Notes: generated from the sequence alone by a model not told the origin. DNA of 64,000 nt from a bacterium (GCA_021159185.1 JAGGSH010000011.1:12307-76306), one strand, 5' to 3'; positions 1-9,881 are shown, counted from the stretch's first letter. Numbers and translations are program-made.

Positions 1-86
1 CCTGTTTAATTTTATCAATCGCTTTAATGATTCCCTGGGTATTCTGCCGGAAGTGGAGTAGGAAGTTTTATAAAAATTATTTAAAA

Positions 87-116
87 ATCCCCAAGCTTAA
101 ATGCTGGGGATTTTAT
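87..116. terminator. Bidirectional hairpin terminator (ccccaagc/gcttgggg stem with flanking T and A runs)
   Basis: Inverted repeat aatccccaagcttaaatgctggggatttt read directly. Confidence 0.35.
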
Positions 117-118
117 TA

Positions 119-260
119 TGTCATTCCCGCGAAGGCGGGAATCTAGGATGAGAAAACGCGAATACAATGAAATAACTAGCTAACTTAGATACGCTTACAA
201 TTCCATCCTAGATTCCGGATATTTTTCTTCGCTACTGCTACAAAAAATTCCGGAATGACA
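119..260. repeat. MITE-like palindromic repeat element, family 1 (gtcattcccgcgaaggcgggaatctagg...ttccggaatgaca)
   Basis: Shares the terminal motifs gtcattcccg / cgggaatgaca and the internal agattccggata...ttccggaatgaca unit with at least 12 other loci in this window. Confidence 0.7.
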
Positions 261-314
261 CAAAGAAAGTAAATGAAAAAATATAAATAGTATTTTAAAT
301 TCAATCCAATATGT

Positions 315-671
315 TTAATCCTCAACAACGCTATTTAACATAAAATTAACTAAAGATAAAATCAAACCGAATAACAGCGCCCACCAGAAGCTGGTTACTT
401 CAAACCCCGGAACAATAATGCCGGTGAGCATTATCAACAGCGCGTTGATAATAAAAGTGAATAATCCCAGAGTTAAAACATTCAGCGGCAAAGTTAAAAT
501 TATCAGCACCGGTTTTATGAAAGCGTTTATTATTCCCAGCACAACCGCTGTCACGAACGCTGCGAAAAAGCTTAAAACGGTTACTCCGGGAAGAAGATAA
601 GCGGAAACGATAATGGCCAAAGTGGCCGCCAGCCAGCTTATAATTTTGTTTTTCATAATGATATAAATCAC
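315..671 (-). CDS. Phage-holin-family / DUF360-like 4-TM small membrane protein
   Basis: 118 aa and almost entirely hydrophobic helices. The pattern LPGV...FxxALLxGxxNAFIKPxLxxLTLP resembles the holin family 4 / YvlD-like membrane proteins. Confidence 0.55.
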   Translation of the reverse strand: MIYIIMKNKIISWLAATLAIIVSAYLLPGVTVLSFFAAFVTAVVLGIINAFIKPVLIILTLPLNVLTLGLFTFIINALLIMLTGIIVPGFEVTSFWWALLFGLILSLVNFMLNSVVED

Positions 672-860
672 TAATCAACGCTAATTTTATCCCGAATAAT
701 CTCTAATAAGCAATGATTAATTTAGATAAATTCTTATGAATAAATTATACCATAAAAATCCCCAATATCTAAGAGCGTATCATATAAACAAACCACTACT
801 ACAATATAATGTTATATTGTAGTGAGAATAATTTTTCTTATCCTACTCTCAAAGGAATTT

Positions 861-1445
861 TTAATTCACCAACTTCCGAAAATACCAATCCACATCGCTA
901 ATCCATTTATTGACGCTTTTTGGATTTTGCCCGGCGCAAGATGATCCGCATTTCCAAACAACCATTTTCCTGGGAGTGTCCAGCTTATTTTCATAAACGA
1001 GCTTGTCTATTCTGCCAGCCACCGTATTAACCGCGTCTCTGGGATTATTAAAGCAAGTGTGTCCGTCTGTTCCCATTCGTTCTCTTTTTTCTCTGTATCC
1101 CCAATAATTATAGCAGTCTTGCCCGTTAAGCACCGGCACGCGTTTTCCCCAATCGCTTTCCTTTTTGGCAATGCTCACCATAAAGGCCGCCACTTTTTCA
1201 TCCTTCCGCGCGATATAACGAGCCATATTTTCCATCGGATAGCCTGCTACCATTTCATTTATTTTATTTTCTAAATCCTTATTTACTTCAGCTTTAACCA
1301 CAATAACCTTGTTTTCTTTTTGAATATCTCGATTGAATGAATAAACAAACAGCATTAAAGAGTCTAGCAGTATAATAAGCAAAATAGCCAGAAAAGTTTT
1401 AAGGCGCGCTTCGCTTAAAAGCTTTTTAAACTTAAAATGTTTCAT
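861..1445 (-). CDS. Hypothetical membrane-anchored protein (N-terminal TM, Cys-containing extracytoplasmic domain)
   Basis: 194-aa ORF with an N-terminal hydrophobic anchor. The SIAKKESDWG motif is weakly reminiscent of lysozyme-like or transglycosylase folds, which is not decisive. Confidence 0.4.
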   Translation of the reverse strand: MKHFKFKKLLSEARLKTFLAILLIILLDSLMLFVYSFNRDIQKENKVIVVKAEVNKDLENKINEMVAGYPMENMARYIARKDEKVAAFMVSIAKKESDWGKRVPVLNGQDCYNYWGYREKRERMGTDGHTCFNNPRDAVNTVAGRIDKLVYENKLDTPRKMVVWKCGSSCAGQNPKSVNKWISDVDWYFRKLVN

Positions 1446-1597
1446 ATTCTAAAATAAAAACACAAAAACGGGCTTTCACCCGTTTTTAATTTAGCTTACC
1501 TCTATTATACACTATTTTGCGTAAAAAGCAAGTTGCGCGTTTTAAAAAGTATTGTATAATAAAAGAGTTTAAAAAACTAAAAAATAAAAACAAAAAA

Positions 1598-4500
1598 ATG
1601 AAAACAAAAAAAAGAAATGTGAAAAAAATTCTTCTGGGAAATTTTATCGGGTTGCTTATTTTATCGGGCGCCTTTTTTATTTTTTGGAAAGTTAAATTAT
1701 CTCAAGCCGGAACCATTGCTAATATAGCAGCTTCCGTTTCGGGAACGACTTACACCATAACGCTAACTCCTGAAACAACCATTCCAGTAAATGGAAAAAT
1801 TCACATACAATTCCAGCAAAATGGCGCGGAAGGCACCCAAGTTCCCGCTTCTCTCGCTAAAGGCGCCGCTACTACGGCTAATATAAGTTCCTTAACCCAA
1901 GGATCAACCAGTGAGGTTCGCGCCGAAGCGGGAAGTGAAATATCCGGAGGAACAGCCATAACCATTGAAGCGGAGGGACTGACTAATCCCGGAACGGGAA
2001 AGTATTATCTAACCGTTTGGACATCAAACGCGAACGGAGAAATACTGGACGGAACCAGCAGTCCGACATCCAGCTACCGCGCTTATTACACGATTGGCAC
2101 CCCTCTGGCTACCGGACAAGTTTTAGATCCGGACGGAAATCCTGTTCAAGGCGCTTGGGTAAACATCCATGAGTATAATAGCGCGGAAGGGCAGCCTTTC
2201 TTTGGTTATGATGACACTGACGATTTGGGATATTACGCGATTGGATCGGCCGAATACGGCGCTGTTGTTGCTAACGGAACGCAAGTAAAGATTGTTGCCA
2301 ACGCCCCGCCGGAAAATTTTCAATGGGGAATGACCGAAGAATTTATTCACACTTACAACGGATCTACCATAAGCCAGAATCTCCAATTTACTCTCCCCGT
2401 CAAAACCATTTTAGGAACGCTTACTTATTCGGACGGAGCGCCTGTAGTCGGCGCTACTATTAATTTTTGGTCTAGCGACGGAAACGGGTTCACTAATGAC
2501 ACCACCGATTCTACCGGAAGTTATTCCGCTTTAGTTAAGGGAGGAAAATGGGATGTGATGCCCCAGTCGGAATCAAGCAGTGATTGGTCGTATGGAATGC
2601 CCCCTATGAGCGTGTCTTTTGAAAAAAATACTACGGCTGAATCCCAAACAGTCAATTTTACGGTTTTAAGAGCTAATGCTACTGTGGCAGGATCAGTTCG
2701 CTTTCCTGATGGATCAATACCTTCCAATCCTGACAAATTTGGTGTTGATATCTGTTCAATGATAGGAATGGGCGCGCACGGACAACTGGACAGTAACGGA
2801 AATTTCAGCCTTAATGTTCCGGCTGGCTCTTATCAAGTGGATGTTATGGATATGGACCAGGATTATGCCGCTCCCGAAATGACACCTTTTAGTATTAGTG
2901 AAAATGAAACCGTCAATGTGGGAATGATTACTTTAATTGCCCGAGACGCCTATATCACGGGAACAATTTCGGACGAAAATGGAAATGGAATCGTTGGTAT
3001 GAGTGTTGACGCATTCAGGATAAAAGGAATGGGCTGGGGGCAAGGAACTGTCAATAATTCCGGCACGGCTTTTACTATAAAAGTTTTTCCCGGAAAATGG
3101 ATGGTAAATGTGCCTCCTTTCACGGGTGGCGGGGATAGTTATGTGTTGGATGGCAATCCCCAGCAAGTGGAAATAGCTTCGGGGGAAACAGTTACGGTTA
3201 ATATAAAACTGGTAGCGGCTACTGCCACTATTCGGGGAAGCATACTTGATACCAACGGAAATATGGTCGCTGACAGTTACGGTTTTGTTTTCGCCGACCG
3301 CGCCGGAACAGCTCCTTTTATGGGACCCGGACTGGGTGGTACGGTTAGTCGAGGTAGCTATACTGTCAGTGTCCCTCCCGGAACTTACAATGTGGGAATG
3401 GGAATGATGCCGGGATCTGATTATTCAGCCGGAGAGCCAACCGAAATAACCGTTACTGACAATCAAACTGTCACTAATAATATTACCGTCTATGAAAATG
3501 ATATGACTGTTTCCGGGGAAATTAGAGATGAGAATGGAAATAAGGTTACTAACGCTTTTATGGAAATATTCGCTACCAATAACACCGGCGCTTGGCAAAA
3601 CGCTTTCGTAAATCAGGCGGATGGAACTTATTTATTGAATTTATCGTCAGCGGTTGATCCTTGGAGTTTGGGATACTTCATTGACCCGTCCACCGGATAT
3701 TTTTCAGAAAAATTAACCGATAATTCTATTTCGGGAAACTCCGGCGACACCCTGACTAAAAATATAACTATCCGCCGGGCTGACGCTACAATTTCCGGGC
3801 GGGTATTGGACGGGAACGGTAACCCGATGGAAGGAGTTAAAGTATTCGCGGACAACAGAAGCAGTTCCCATGAAAGAGACGAGGCTATGTTTATGGGACC
3901 GATGTTTATGAACGACAATGTTTCAAATTCCAACGGAGAATTTACTATCCAAGTGCCCTGCGGAACTTATTTCGTGAACGCTTCTCTCCCCCGTTCCAGC
4001 CGTCCGGATCTTATCAATCCTGATAGAATCGAGGTGGTCTTGGAAGAAAACCAAACCATAAGCGGAATTGAGCTGGCATTTAAGCAATCTGATTCAACTA
4101 TAAGCGGAACAGTTGCTTTAGACGGCGCATCCAATGGAAACGCTTATGTCTGGGCTTGGTCCGAAAGCGGAGGCTATAACGAAGCCGAAGCGGAAGATGA
4201 TGGAAGCTTTATTCTTAATGTTACTCAAAACGACACTTGGCATATAGGAGTTAACAACGATGTTGAAGGTTCAACTGATTATGTAAAATCCGGCGAAGAA
4301 GTTATTGAAACGGAAGACCAAGCGGCTATTACCCAAAACATTAATCTGGAAACAGTCAGTGATGGATTGGCCGATCCTCTTTCCACGACATTTTCTTCAA
4401 CTAATTCAAAGGTGGCTAACTTAAGCGACGGTTCAAGAATATCTATTCCCGCCAATGCTATGGGAACTAGCGGGAATGTTACTTTAAACGCTTCCACCAC

Positions 4501-5380
4501 TTCTGAAGTTCCCCGCACCACCAGCGCCAAACCGATAGGGACGGGCATGGAATTAACGGCGTTTGACAGCTCGGGCTCCTCGGTTACTTCATTTAATTCC
4601 AATGTAACTATTTCCATCCCTTATGATGAAGATGAACTGGATGATATGCTTGTTACCGAGGATGATCTAGTGGCGGCCTATTGGGATGAAAATAACGGAA
4701 TATGGGAACCTTTGGATAATTATTCTATTGATAAAGAAAACAATAAAGTAGTTTTTTCCACGAGCCACTTTACCACCTTTGCTCTGGTGTCTGATACGGC
4801 CACAAGTTCGGATTCTTCCGAAGACAGCGAAAGCAGTAGTGATAGAAGCCGACCCAAAATTTATCGCTGGAAAGCGGAGCGATATTATCCTCAAACGGAA
4901 GAACTTAAGGAAAAACTTAAAATGGCTATCTGGGGCTTGCACTTTAGAAAGAACGCTACCGTGACTATCGGAAACGAGGAAGCTGATTCTGATGATGTAA
5001 AAGTGAGCCCGGGCGGTAAAAAACTAATTGCCAAGTTTGAAATGAAAGATTTGCTGAAAAAATATCATCCCAAAAGGCTTGTTTGCGTAATCAATCCCGA
5101 CGGCAAAAACCGCAAGTCCGCCAAGAGAATAGACCTGCGCGATATTCCTTTAAGAATTGAATCTGATGAAATAAACGCTGGCACGCCGGAAGGAATTACC
5201 GTTATCCAGAATATTCTCAAAAATCTGGGTTTTTTCAATCACCCCAACGCGACCGGTTATTACGGTCCGATTACTCGGCAAGCGGTCATTGAATTTCAAA
5301 AAGCAAATGGGATTGATCCGGTGGGAGTAGTGGGACCAATCACCAGCGCCAAACTCCTTGAGCTTAAAAGTAATCTATAA
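1598..5380 (+). CDS. Large secreted/surface protein with repeated CarboxypepD_reg-like beta-sandwich modules and a C-terminal peptidoglycan-binding domain
   Basis: The real start is probably MKTKKRNVKKILLGNFIGLLILSGAFFIFW (signal/TM) at 1598, inside the longer track ORF starting 1517. The motif GxIxDxNGNxVxGAxV recurs more than 8 times. The C-terminus ILKNLGFFNHPNATGYYGPITRQAVIEFQKANGIDPVGVVGPITSAKL matches the PG_binding_1 fold. Confidence 0.6.
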   Translation: MKTKKRNVKKILLGNFIGLLILSGAFFIFWKVKLSQAGTIANIAASVSGTTYTITLTPETTIPVNGKIHIQFQQNGAEGTQVPASLAKGAATTANISSLTQGSTSEVRAEAGSEISGGTAITIEAEGLTNPGTGKYYLTVWTSNANGEILDGTSSPTSSYRAYYTIGTPLATGQVLDPDGNPVQGAWVNIHEYNSAEGQPFFGYDDTDDLGYYAIGSAEYGAVVANGTQVKIVANAPPENFQWGMTEEFIHTYNGSTISQNLQFTLPVKTILGTLTYSDGAPVVGATINFWSSDGNGFTNDTTDSTGSYSALVKGGKWDVMPQSESSSDWSYGMPPMSVSFEKNTTAESQTVNFTVLRANATVAGSVRFPDGSIPSNPDKFGVDICSMIGMGAHGQLDSNGNFSLNVPAGSYQVDVMDMDQDYAAPEMTPFSISENETVNVGMITLIARDAYITGTISDENGNGIVGMSVDAFRIKGMGWGQGTVNNSGTAFTIKVFPGKWMVNVPPFTGGGDSYVLDGNPQQVEIASGETVTVNIKLVAATATIRGSILDTNGNMVADSYGFVFADRAGTAPFMGPGLGGTVSRGSYTVSVPPGTYNVGMGMMPGSDYSAGEPTEITVTDNQTVTNNITVYENDMTVSGEIRDENGNKVTNAFMEIFATNNTGAWQNAFVNQADGTYLLNLSSAVDPWSLGYFIDPSTGYFSEKLTDNSISGNSGDTLTKNITIRRADATISGRVLDGNGNPMEGVKVFADNRSSSHERDEAMFMGPMFMNDNVSNSNGEFTIQVPCGTYFVNASLPRSSRPDLINPDRIEVVLEENQTISGIELAFKQSDSTISGTVALDGASNGNAYVWAWSESGGYNEAEAEDDGSFILNVTQNDTWHIGVNNDVEGSTDYVKSGEEVIETEDQAAITQNINLETVSDGLADPLSTTFSSTNSKVANLSDGSRISIPANAMGTSGNVTLNASTTSEVPRTTSAKPIGTGMELTAFDSSGSSVTSFNSNVTISIPYDEDELDDMLVTEDDLVAAYWDENNGIWEPLDNYSIDKENNKVVFSTSHFTTFALVSDTATSSDSSEDSESSSDRSRPKIYRWKAERYYPQTEELKEKLKMAIWGLHFRKNATVTIGNEEADSDDVKVSPGGKKLIAKFEMKDLLKKYHPKRLVCVINPDGKNRKSAKRIDLRDIPLRIESDEINAGTPEGITVIQNILKNLGFFNHPNATGYYGPITRQAVIEFQKANGIDPVGVVGPITSAKLLELKSNL

Positions 5381-5475
5381 TTCTGCAAGTTGACTTGATA
5401 TAAAACCGTCCTGCCAATTCAGCGGGCGGTTTTTGTTTTACAGAAATTTATCCCACTGTATATTTTATATTTTTC

Positions 5476-5515
5476 TAGATACCATTAGATTGCGACCGCA
5501 ACCTAATGGTATCTA
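5476..5515. promoter_or_regulatory. 40-bp near-perfect palindrome upstream of feoAB (candidate metalloregulator operator)
   Basis: tagataccattag-attgcgaccgcaac-ctaatggtatcta. The 13-bp arms are perfectly complementary, and a TATAAT box lies at 5557-5562. Confidence 0.4.
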
Positions 5516-5569
5516 TTATTTGAGTAGGTTTTGCGGACAATAAAGTTAAAATGTTGTATAATGAGATTT

Positions 5570-5794
5570 ATGAAATTATCACTCCTGCAACTTCCCATAG
5601 GAAAGCAAGGCGTTATTGAAAAAATAAGCGCTGAGCAGGCTATTAGAGAAAGACTGCACAGCTTCGGTTTGATTGAAGGCGTAAAAATAGTTCCCGTAAA
5701 AAATACTCCGCTGGGCTGTCCCAGAATTTATCAGTGCCTAAATACTTTTATAGCCATACGAAACAGCACCGCCAAGCAAATATATTTAAAATAA
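5570..5794 (+). CDS. feoA: Ferrous iron transport protein A (FeoA, SH3-like)
   Basis: 75 aa, MKLSLLQLPIGKQGVIEKISAEQAIRERLHSFGLIEGVKIVPVKNTPLGCP, the typical FeoA pattern, immediately upstream of feoB. Confidence 0.65.
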   Translation: MKLSLLQLPIGKQGVIEKISAEQAIRERLHSFGLIEGVKIVPVKNTPLGCPRIYQCLNTFIAIRNSTAKQIYLK

Positions 5795-5796
5795 AA

Positions 5797-7608
5797 ATGA
5801 TGGGGAATAAAAACACAATCACCATCGGTTTAATTGGAAATCCTAACACAGGAAAAACTTCCCTTTTAAATTCTTTAACCGGTTCCAGTTTGCATGTGGG
5901 AAACTGGCCGGGAAAAACCGTGGAAAAAAAAGAAGGGGAAATTAACTTTCGGGACAAAAAAATAAAAGTGGTGGATCTGCCCGGAACTTATGACATCTCG
6001 CCTTACAGCGATGAAGAAAAGGTATCCAAAAATTTTATTACCCGCCCAAATTGCGATATTATTATTCAGATCGTTGATGTGAACGCATTAGAAAGAAATT
6101 TACTTTTAACTTTAGAGCTTCTAACTCTTAAAAAACCTATTATCTTGACTTTTAATTTCAACAAAGAAGCGGCTAAACGGGGCGTAAAAATCAATATCGC
6201 GAAAATAGAAAAAGTCTTAAATATTCCTATCGTTCAGATAGAGGCTAATACTGGAGAAAACAAAGAAGAACTACTGGAAGAAATTATTCGGGTTTCCAAA
6301 AGCGAATTTAAAGAGCCAAGTTATATTGAGGCGCTTTTAAAAAACAAAGAAGAAATAAGCCATCGCGAATCTATCCGGTTTATTAAAAACGAAATCGGAC
6401 ACTTCTACTCAACCGAAAAACAAAATCGTAAAACAGAAAAAATTGATTCTATTATCTTGAATAAATATACCGCCTTTCCTATTTTTCTGGCGGTTATGTT
6501 TTTGATGTTTAAAATATCATTTTCCATCTCAATTCCCATAGTTGATTTTATTGGGATTTCATTGGGACACCTCGGAGAATTAATCAGAGATTTAAATCTG
6601 CCGGACTTTCTCATTTCTTTCTTAACAGAAGGAATAGTGGGTGGCATGGGATCCGTAATCGCTTTCATACCCCTTATTTTCTTTCTTTTCATAGCTATTG
6701 CCGTGCTTGAAGATAGCGGATATTTATCCCGGACAGTAGTTTTAATTGACAGACTGTTTCAAACCTTTGGTGTTTCCGGGCGGACTTTTATTCCAATGAT
6801 TTTGGGATTTGGATGCAATGTTCCCGCCATTATGGCTACCAGAATAATACGCTACAAAAAAGAAAGGATGATTGCCATATTTACTAATTCTTTTATTTCA
6901 TGCAGCGCTAAATTACCTGCCTATGTTTTATTCGCTACCATTTTTTTCCCCGAAAATGCGGTAAATGTTATTATGTCCCTTTATCTTTTGGGAATTATCG
7001 TTGCTCTCGCGGCAAGTTTAATTCTTTCAAAACTTATTAAAAATAATCGGGAGAAAGCCCTGATTATTGAATTGCCGCCATACAGAATGCCCACAGTGGT
7101 TAATGTTGTGAAGCACGCGTGGCATCAAACAAGCTTATTTATTAAAAAGGCCGGCACTATAATTTTTGCCGCCGTTGTTATTATCTGGGTTTTAGCCAAT
7201 CTGCCGGCAGGAACTGAATATGGTTCTCAAGAAACTATTATAGGGATCGTGGGAGAAAAACTTTCTTGTATTTTTGAACCACTCGGTTTCGGGCATTGGA
7301 CATTCGCGGTAACTCTATTGTTCGGGGTGGCGGCCAAGGAAATTATTATCGGAACACTGGGAACGCTTCATGGTGTTTCCGGCGAGGGGCTTCTCTCCGT
7401 TATTCCTAATTGTATTACGCCACTGGGCGCTCTCTCCTTTTTGATTTTTGTTCTCTTGTATAGTCCTTGTGTCGCTACGATAGCCGTTATTAAAAAAGAA
7501 ACCGATAGCTGGAAATTTACAATAGCGCAAGTCGCGGCTACACTGATAATTGCTTGGATTGTCTCATTTCTATTTTATAATACCGGATTGCTGTTGGGAT
7601 TTAAATAG
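5797..7608 (+). CDS. feoB: Ferrous iron transporter B (FeoB), G-domain plus polytopic permease
   Basis: G1 motif GNPNTGKTSLLNSLTG, G domain, then nucleoside-recognition/Gate membrane domains. The internal ATG at 5797 was chosen over the upstream track start. Confidence 0.9.
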   Translation: MMGNKNTITIGLIGNPNTGKTSLLNSLTGSSLHVGNWPGKTVEKKEGEINFRDKKIKVVDLPGTYDISPYSDEEKVSKNFITRPNCDIIIQIVDVNALERNLLLTLELLTLKKPIILTFNFNKEAAKRGVKINIAKIEKVLNIPIVQIEANTGENKEELLEEIIRVSKSEFKEPSYIEALLKNKEEISHRESIRFIKNEIGHFYSTEKQNRKTEKIDSIILNKYTAFPIFLAVMFLMFKISFSISIPIVDFIGISLGHLGELIRDLNLPDFLISFLTEGIVGGMGSVIAFIPLIFFLFIAIAVLEDSGYLSRTVVLIDRLFQTFGVSGRTFIPMILGFGCNVPAIMATRIIRYKKERMIAIFTNSFISCSAKLPAYVLFATIFFPENAVNVIMSLYLLGIIVALAASLILSKLIKNNREKALIIELPPYRMPTVVNVVKHAWHQTSLFIKKAGTIIFAAVVIIWVLANLPAGTEYGSQETIIGIVGEKLSCIFEPLGFGHWTFAVTLLFGVAAKEIIIGTLGTLHGVSGEGLLSVIPNCITPLGALSFLIFVLLYSPCVATIAVIKKETDSWKFTIAQVAATLIIAWIVSFLFYNTGLLLGFK

Positions 7609-7657
7609 GTATTTTCCGCCAAAGGCGGATCAGCCTCAGGCTGAAAATAAATGTTTT

Positions 7658-8686
7658 ATGAAATCATTTGATGTAATAATTATCGGCGCCGGGCCGGCCG
7701 GATTGCAATGCGCTAAAATTTTGGCGGGAAGCCAAAAGAGTGTTTTGCTGATTGAAAAAAATAAAATAATCGGTCCCAAGGTGTGCGCGGGAGGCTTAAC
7801 CAGAAAATGTTTTAATTACCTTCAGCTTCCTGATTATTTAGTTGAGCGAACTTATCAAAAAATTATTTTCCAAACTCCTTTTAATAAGACGATTCTCCGA
7901 TTCGGAGAAAATTTTTTATACACGGTGGATAGAAAAAAGCTCGGGCAATGGCAATTGGAAAAATTGCGTTCCGCTGAAAATATTGAAATAAAAAACGGAT
8001 CAGCGGTTACGGAATTTAAAAAAAATTATATCATCGTTAACGGTTCGGAAAAAATAGGCTATAAATATTTGGTGGGCGCCGACGGGTCAAATTCAGCCGT
8101 TAGAAGATTCTTGGGCGTTAAAACGAAATTAACAGGCATTGCTTTTCAATATATTGTTCCAGGAAGAAAATTTAAAGATATTCAAATATTTTTAAATTCG
8201 CGACTGTTTGGCGCTTGGTACGCTTGGATTTTTCCTTATAAAAATTCTGCGTCCATTGGCTATGGCTGTTTTCCAATGGTTATTTCTCCCAAAAAAGCCA
8301 AAGAAAACTTTTTAAAATGGGCAAAATCCCAAAAAATAGATCTTTCGCAAGGTGAATATCAAGCAGCGGCTATAAATTGCGATTATCGCGGACATAAATT
8401 CGGCAATGTTTTTTTGGTCGGCGACGCGGCCGGACTAGTGTCCGGACTCACCGGAGAAGGAATATATCAAGCGCTTATTTCCGGAGAAGAAATCGCCAAG
8501 TTAATATTAAATTCATCTTACAAATGCGAGGAAATTAAAAAAGCGCGGGCGGAAATCAGGATACATAAAATATTGCTTGTAACAATTTATATCTTCGGTC
8601 CCCTGCGCTGGATGCTTTACGAAATAGTTGTCCTGGCAGTAAAAAATAAATTCCTGGCCAGAATATTGTTAAGAGTTTTAACTTGA
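7658..8686 (+). CDS. FAD-dependent oxidoreductase, geranylgeranyl reductase family
   Basis: Rossmann motif VIIIGAGPAGLQCAKIL and the GDAAG motif (LVGDAAGLVSGLTGEGI) near the C-terminus. Confidence 0.7.
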   Translation: MKSFDVIIIGAGPAGLQCAKILAGSQKSVLLIEKNKIIGPKVCAGGLTRKCFNYLQLPDYLVERTYQKIIFQTPFNKTILRFGENFLYTVDRKKLGQWQLEKLRSAENIEIKNGSAVTEFKKNYIIVNGSEKIGYKYLVGADGSNSAVRRFLGVKTKLTGIAFQYIVPGRKFKDIQIFLNSRLFGAWYAWIFPYKNSASIGYGCFPMVISPKKAKENFLKWAKSQKIDLSQGEYQAAAINCDYRGHKFGNVFLVGDAAGLVSGLTGEGIYQALISGEEIAKLILNSSYKCEEIKKARAEIRIHKILLVTIYIFGPLRWMLYEIVVLAVKNKFLARILLRVLT

Positions 8687-8698
8687 TTTTTGTAAATC

Positions 8699-8998
8699 TT
8701 ATTTTCTTATTATTCTTATCGCTTTTCCATTAATTAAAGCGTAGCTGATTTTTTTATAAGTTTTTGATAATATGCGCTGAAAAGTACTTTGGGATATATT
8801 CATTTTTTTCGCGCATTCATTTTGATCCAAGTCTTTAATGTTTTTCAATCTTAGCGTCTCTAACTCTTCAACGGAAATTTCTTCCACTTCCAAATCACGC
8901 AGAGGCATTCCCCGCGGTTTATAGTAATTTATTCTATGGCTAAATCTTATCCGCCTGCGTTTTCGCGGGCGGCCCAGTTCTATATTTTTTCCATTCAT
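8699..8998 (-). CDS. DUF134 (UPF0251) family putative DNA-binding protein
   Basis: GRPRKRRRIRF...YKPRG...EELETLRLKNIKDLDQNECAKKMNISQSTFQRIL matches the DUF134 consensus, including its sigma-70 region-4-like HTH. Confidence 0.7.
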   Translation of the reverse strand: MNGKNIELGRPRKRRRIRFSHRINYYKPRGMPLRDLEVEEISVEELETLRLKNIKDLDQNECAKKMNISQSTFQRILSKTYKKISYALINGKAIRIIRK

Positions 8999-9063
8999 AA
9001 CTTTATTTATTTAAAAAAGAAAAACGAGATGACTTATTTTAAAAACAAGCCATCCCGATTTTT

Positions 9064-9231
9064 TTATCTATTTCTTCCCATTCCTCTTCCATTACCTCTT
9101 TGCCCTAATCCTCTGCCACTGCCATCCCTTTTTCCAATTGGTCGCCTTTCACTTTTATCTCCGCAATCTCCCATTCCTCTGCCTGTTTTCGGTCCCTCGC
9201 CTTGAGGTCCGGTTTTGTCTCTATTAGGCAT
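9064..9231 (-). CDS. DUF5320-like small Gly/Arg-rich protein (55 aa; absent from the ORF track because it is under 60 aa)
   Basis: Manual translation of the minus strand gives MPNRDKTGPQGEGPKTGRGMGDCGDKSERRPIGKRDGSGRGLGQRGNGRGMGRNR. The MPxxDxTGPxGxGPxTGRGxGxC signature is that of the DUF5320 family, which typically sits beside DUF134 genes. The plus-strand 89-aa Pro-rich track ORF is its antisense. Confidence 0.5.
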   Translation of the reverse strand: MPNRDKTGPQGEGPKTGRGMGDCGDKSERRPIGKRDGSGRGLGQRGNGRGMGRNR

Positions 9232-9344
9232 ACATTTTTTCGCAAAGCATAAAATAAAATTTCGCGTTATTCTATGTTTCGCGCAGTTAATTGATTACAT
9301 TATGAGTATATACCCATAAGTATTTCTTGTCAAGAGCCATTTTT

Positions 9345-9881
9345 TTATCCCTTATTTCTTGTCTGTCCCGCAAGTTTCTCAACCAATACCCCGTTTAGTA
9401 TTGAAAACGCGATAATATAAAAAGATATAATCAGGGTAAATGCCAAACCGAAATAGTAAATCATAACCGGAATGAAAGGGATTTTTACATTCCGGTTATA
9501 TAAAAACACGGCCAATAAAGAATTTTTCATACCGTGCTTTTTTAATTCTCCTAAAAAAGGATATAAAACATAAGGAGGTCCTGAGATGAGGATGCCTGAA
9601 ATTATAGCGTAAATCCAGCCTTTGATTCCCGATTGTTGGCCAAAGTATTTTTTTATTCTTTTTTCCGTGAAGTAAAAGTTGATTAAAATCATCGCCAAAA
9701 AGACGACCATTAGAATAGGAATAATTTTCCAAATCATTCGCAGAAAGTTTATTAAGGCAATCTCTGCCGCTTCAGCGTTAAATAAGGCGATAATAAAATA
9801 CGCAATCAAAACAATTAAAAAAAACTTCATCCCGCCGGAAAATTTTTGTTTTGGCTTGTTTTTAATTTTATTAAATTCCAT
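9345..9881 (-). CDS. Predicted permease (DUF318/YraQ-like), C-terminal half
   Basis: 6-TM hydrophobic protein, overlapping the upstream half-gene by 11 nt. The two halves total about 317 aa, the length of single-chain DUF318 permeases. Confidence 0.55.
   Translation of the reverse strand: MEFNKIKNKPKQKFSGGMKFFLIVLIAYFIIALFNAEAAEIALINFLRMIWKIIPILMVVFLAMILINFYFTEKRIKKYFGQQSGIKGWIYAIISGILISGPPYVLYPFLGELKKHGMKNSLLAVFLYNRNVKIPFIPVMIYYFGLAFTLIISFYIIAFSILNGVLVEKLAGQTRNKG

Noticed and set aside
1517-1597. N-terminal 27 codons of the track ORF for the large surface protein (MRKKQVARFKKYCIIKEFKKLKNKNKK)
   Set aside because: Lys-rich read-through of an AT-rich promoter region. The downstream MKTKKRNVKKILLGNFIGLLILSGAFFIFW, with a hydrophobic anchor, is the more plausible start.
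2123-4942. Multiple 60-110-aa ORFs on the opposite strand inside large genes (e.g. 2123-2386, 3628-3933, 4279-4617, 4667-4942; similar ones inside gyrA, recQ, pcrA and ftsH)
   Set aside because: Fully embedded antisense to long, motif-supported CDSs. Typical shadow ORFs.
8936-9205. 89-aa Pro/Leu-rich plus-strand ORF from the track
   Set aside because: Low-complexity translation. It is the antisense of a much more convincing minus-strand DUF5320-like ORF (9064-9231) with a family-typical MPxxDxTGPxGxGPxTGRG start.
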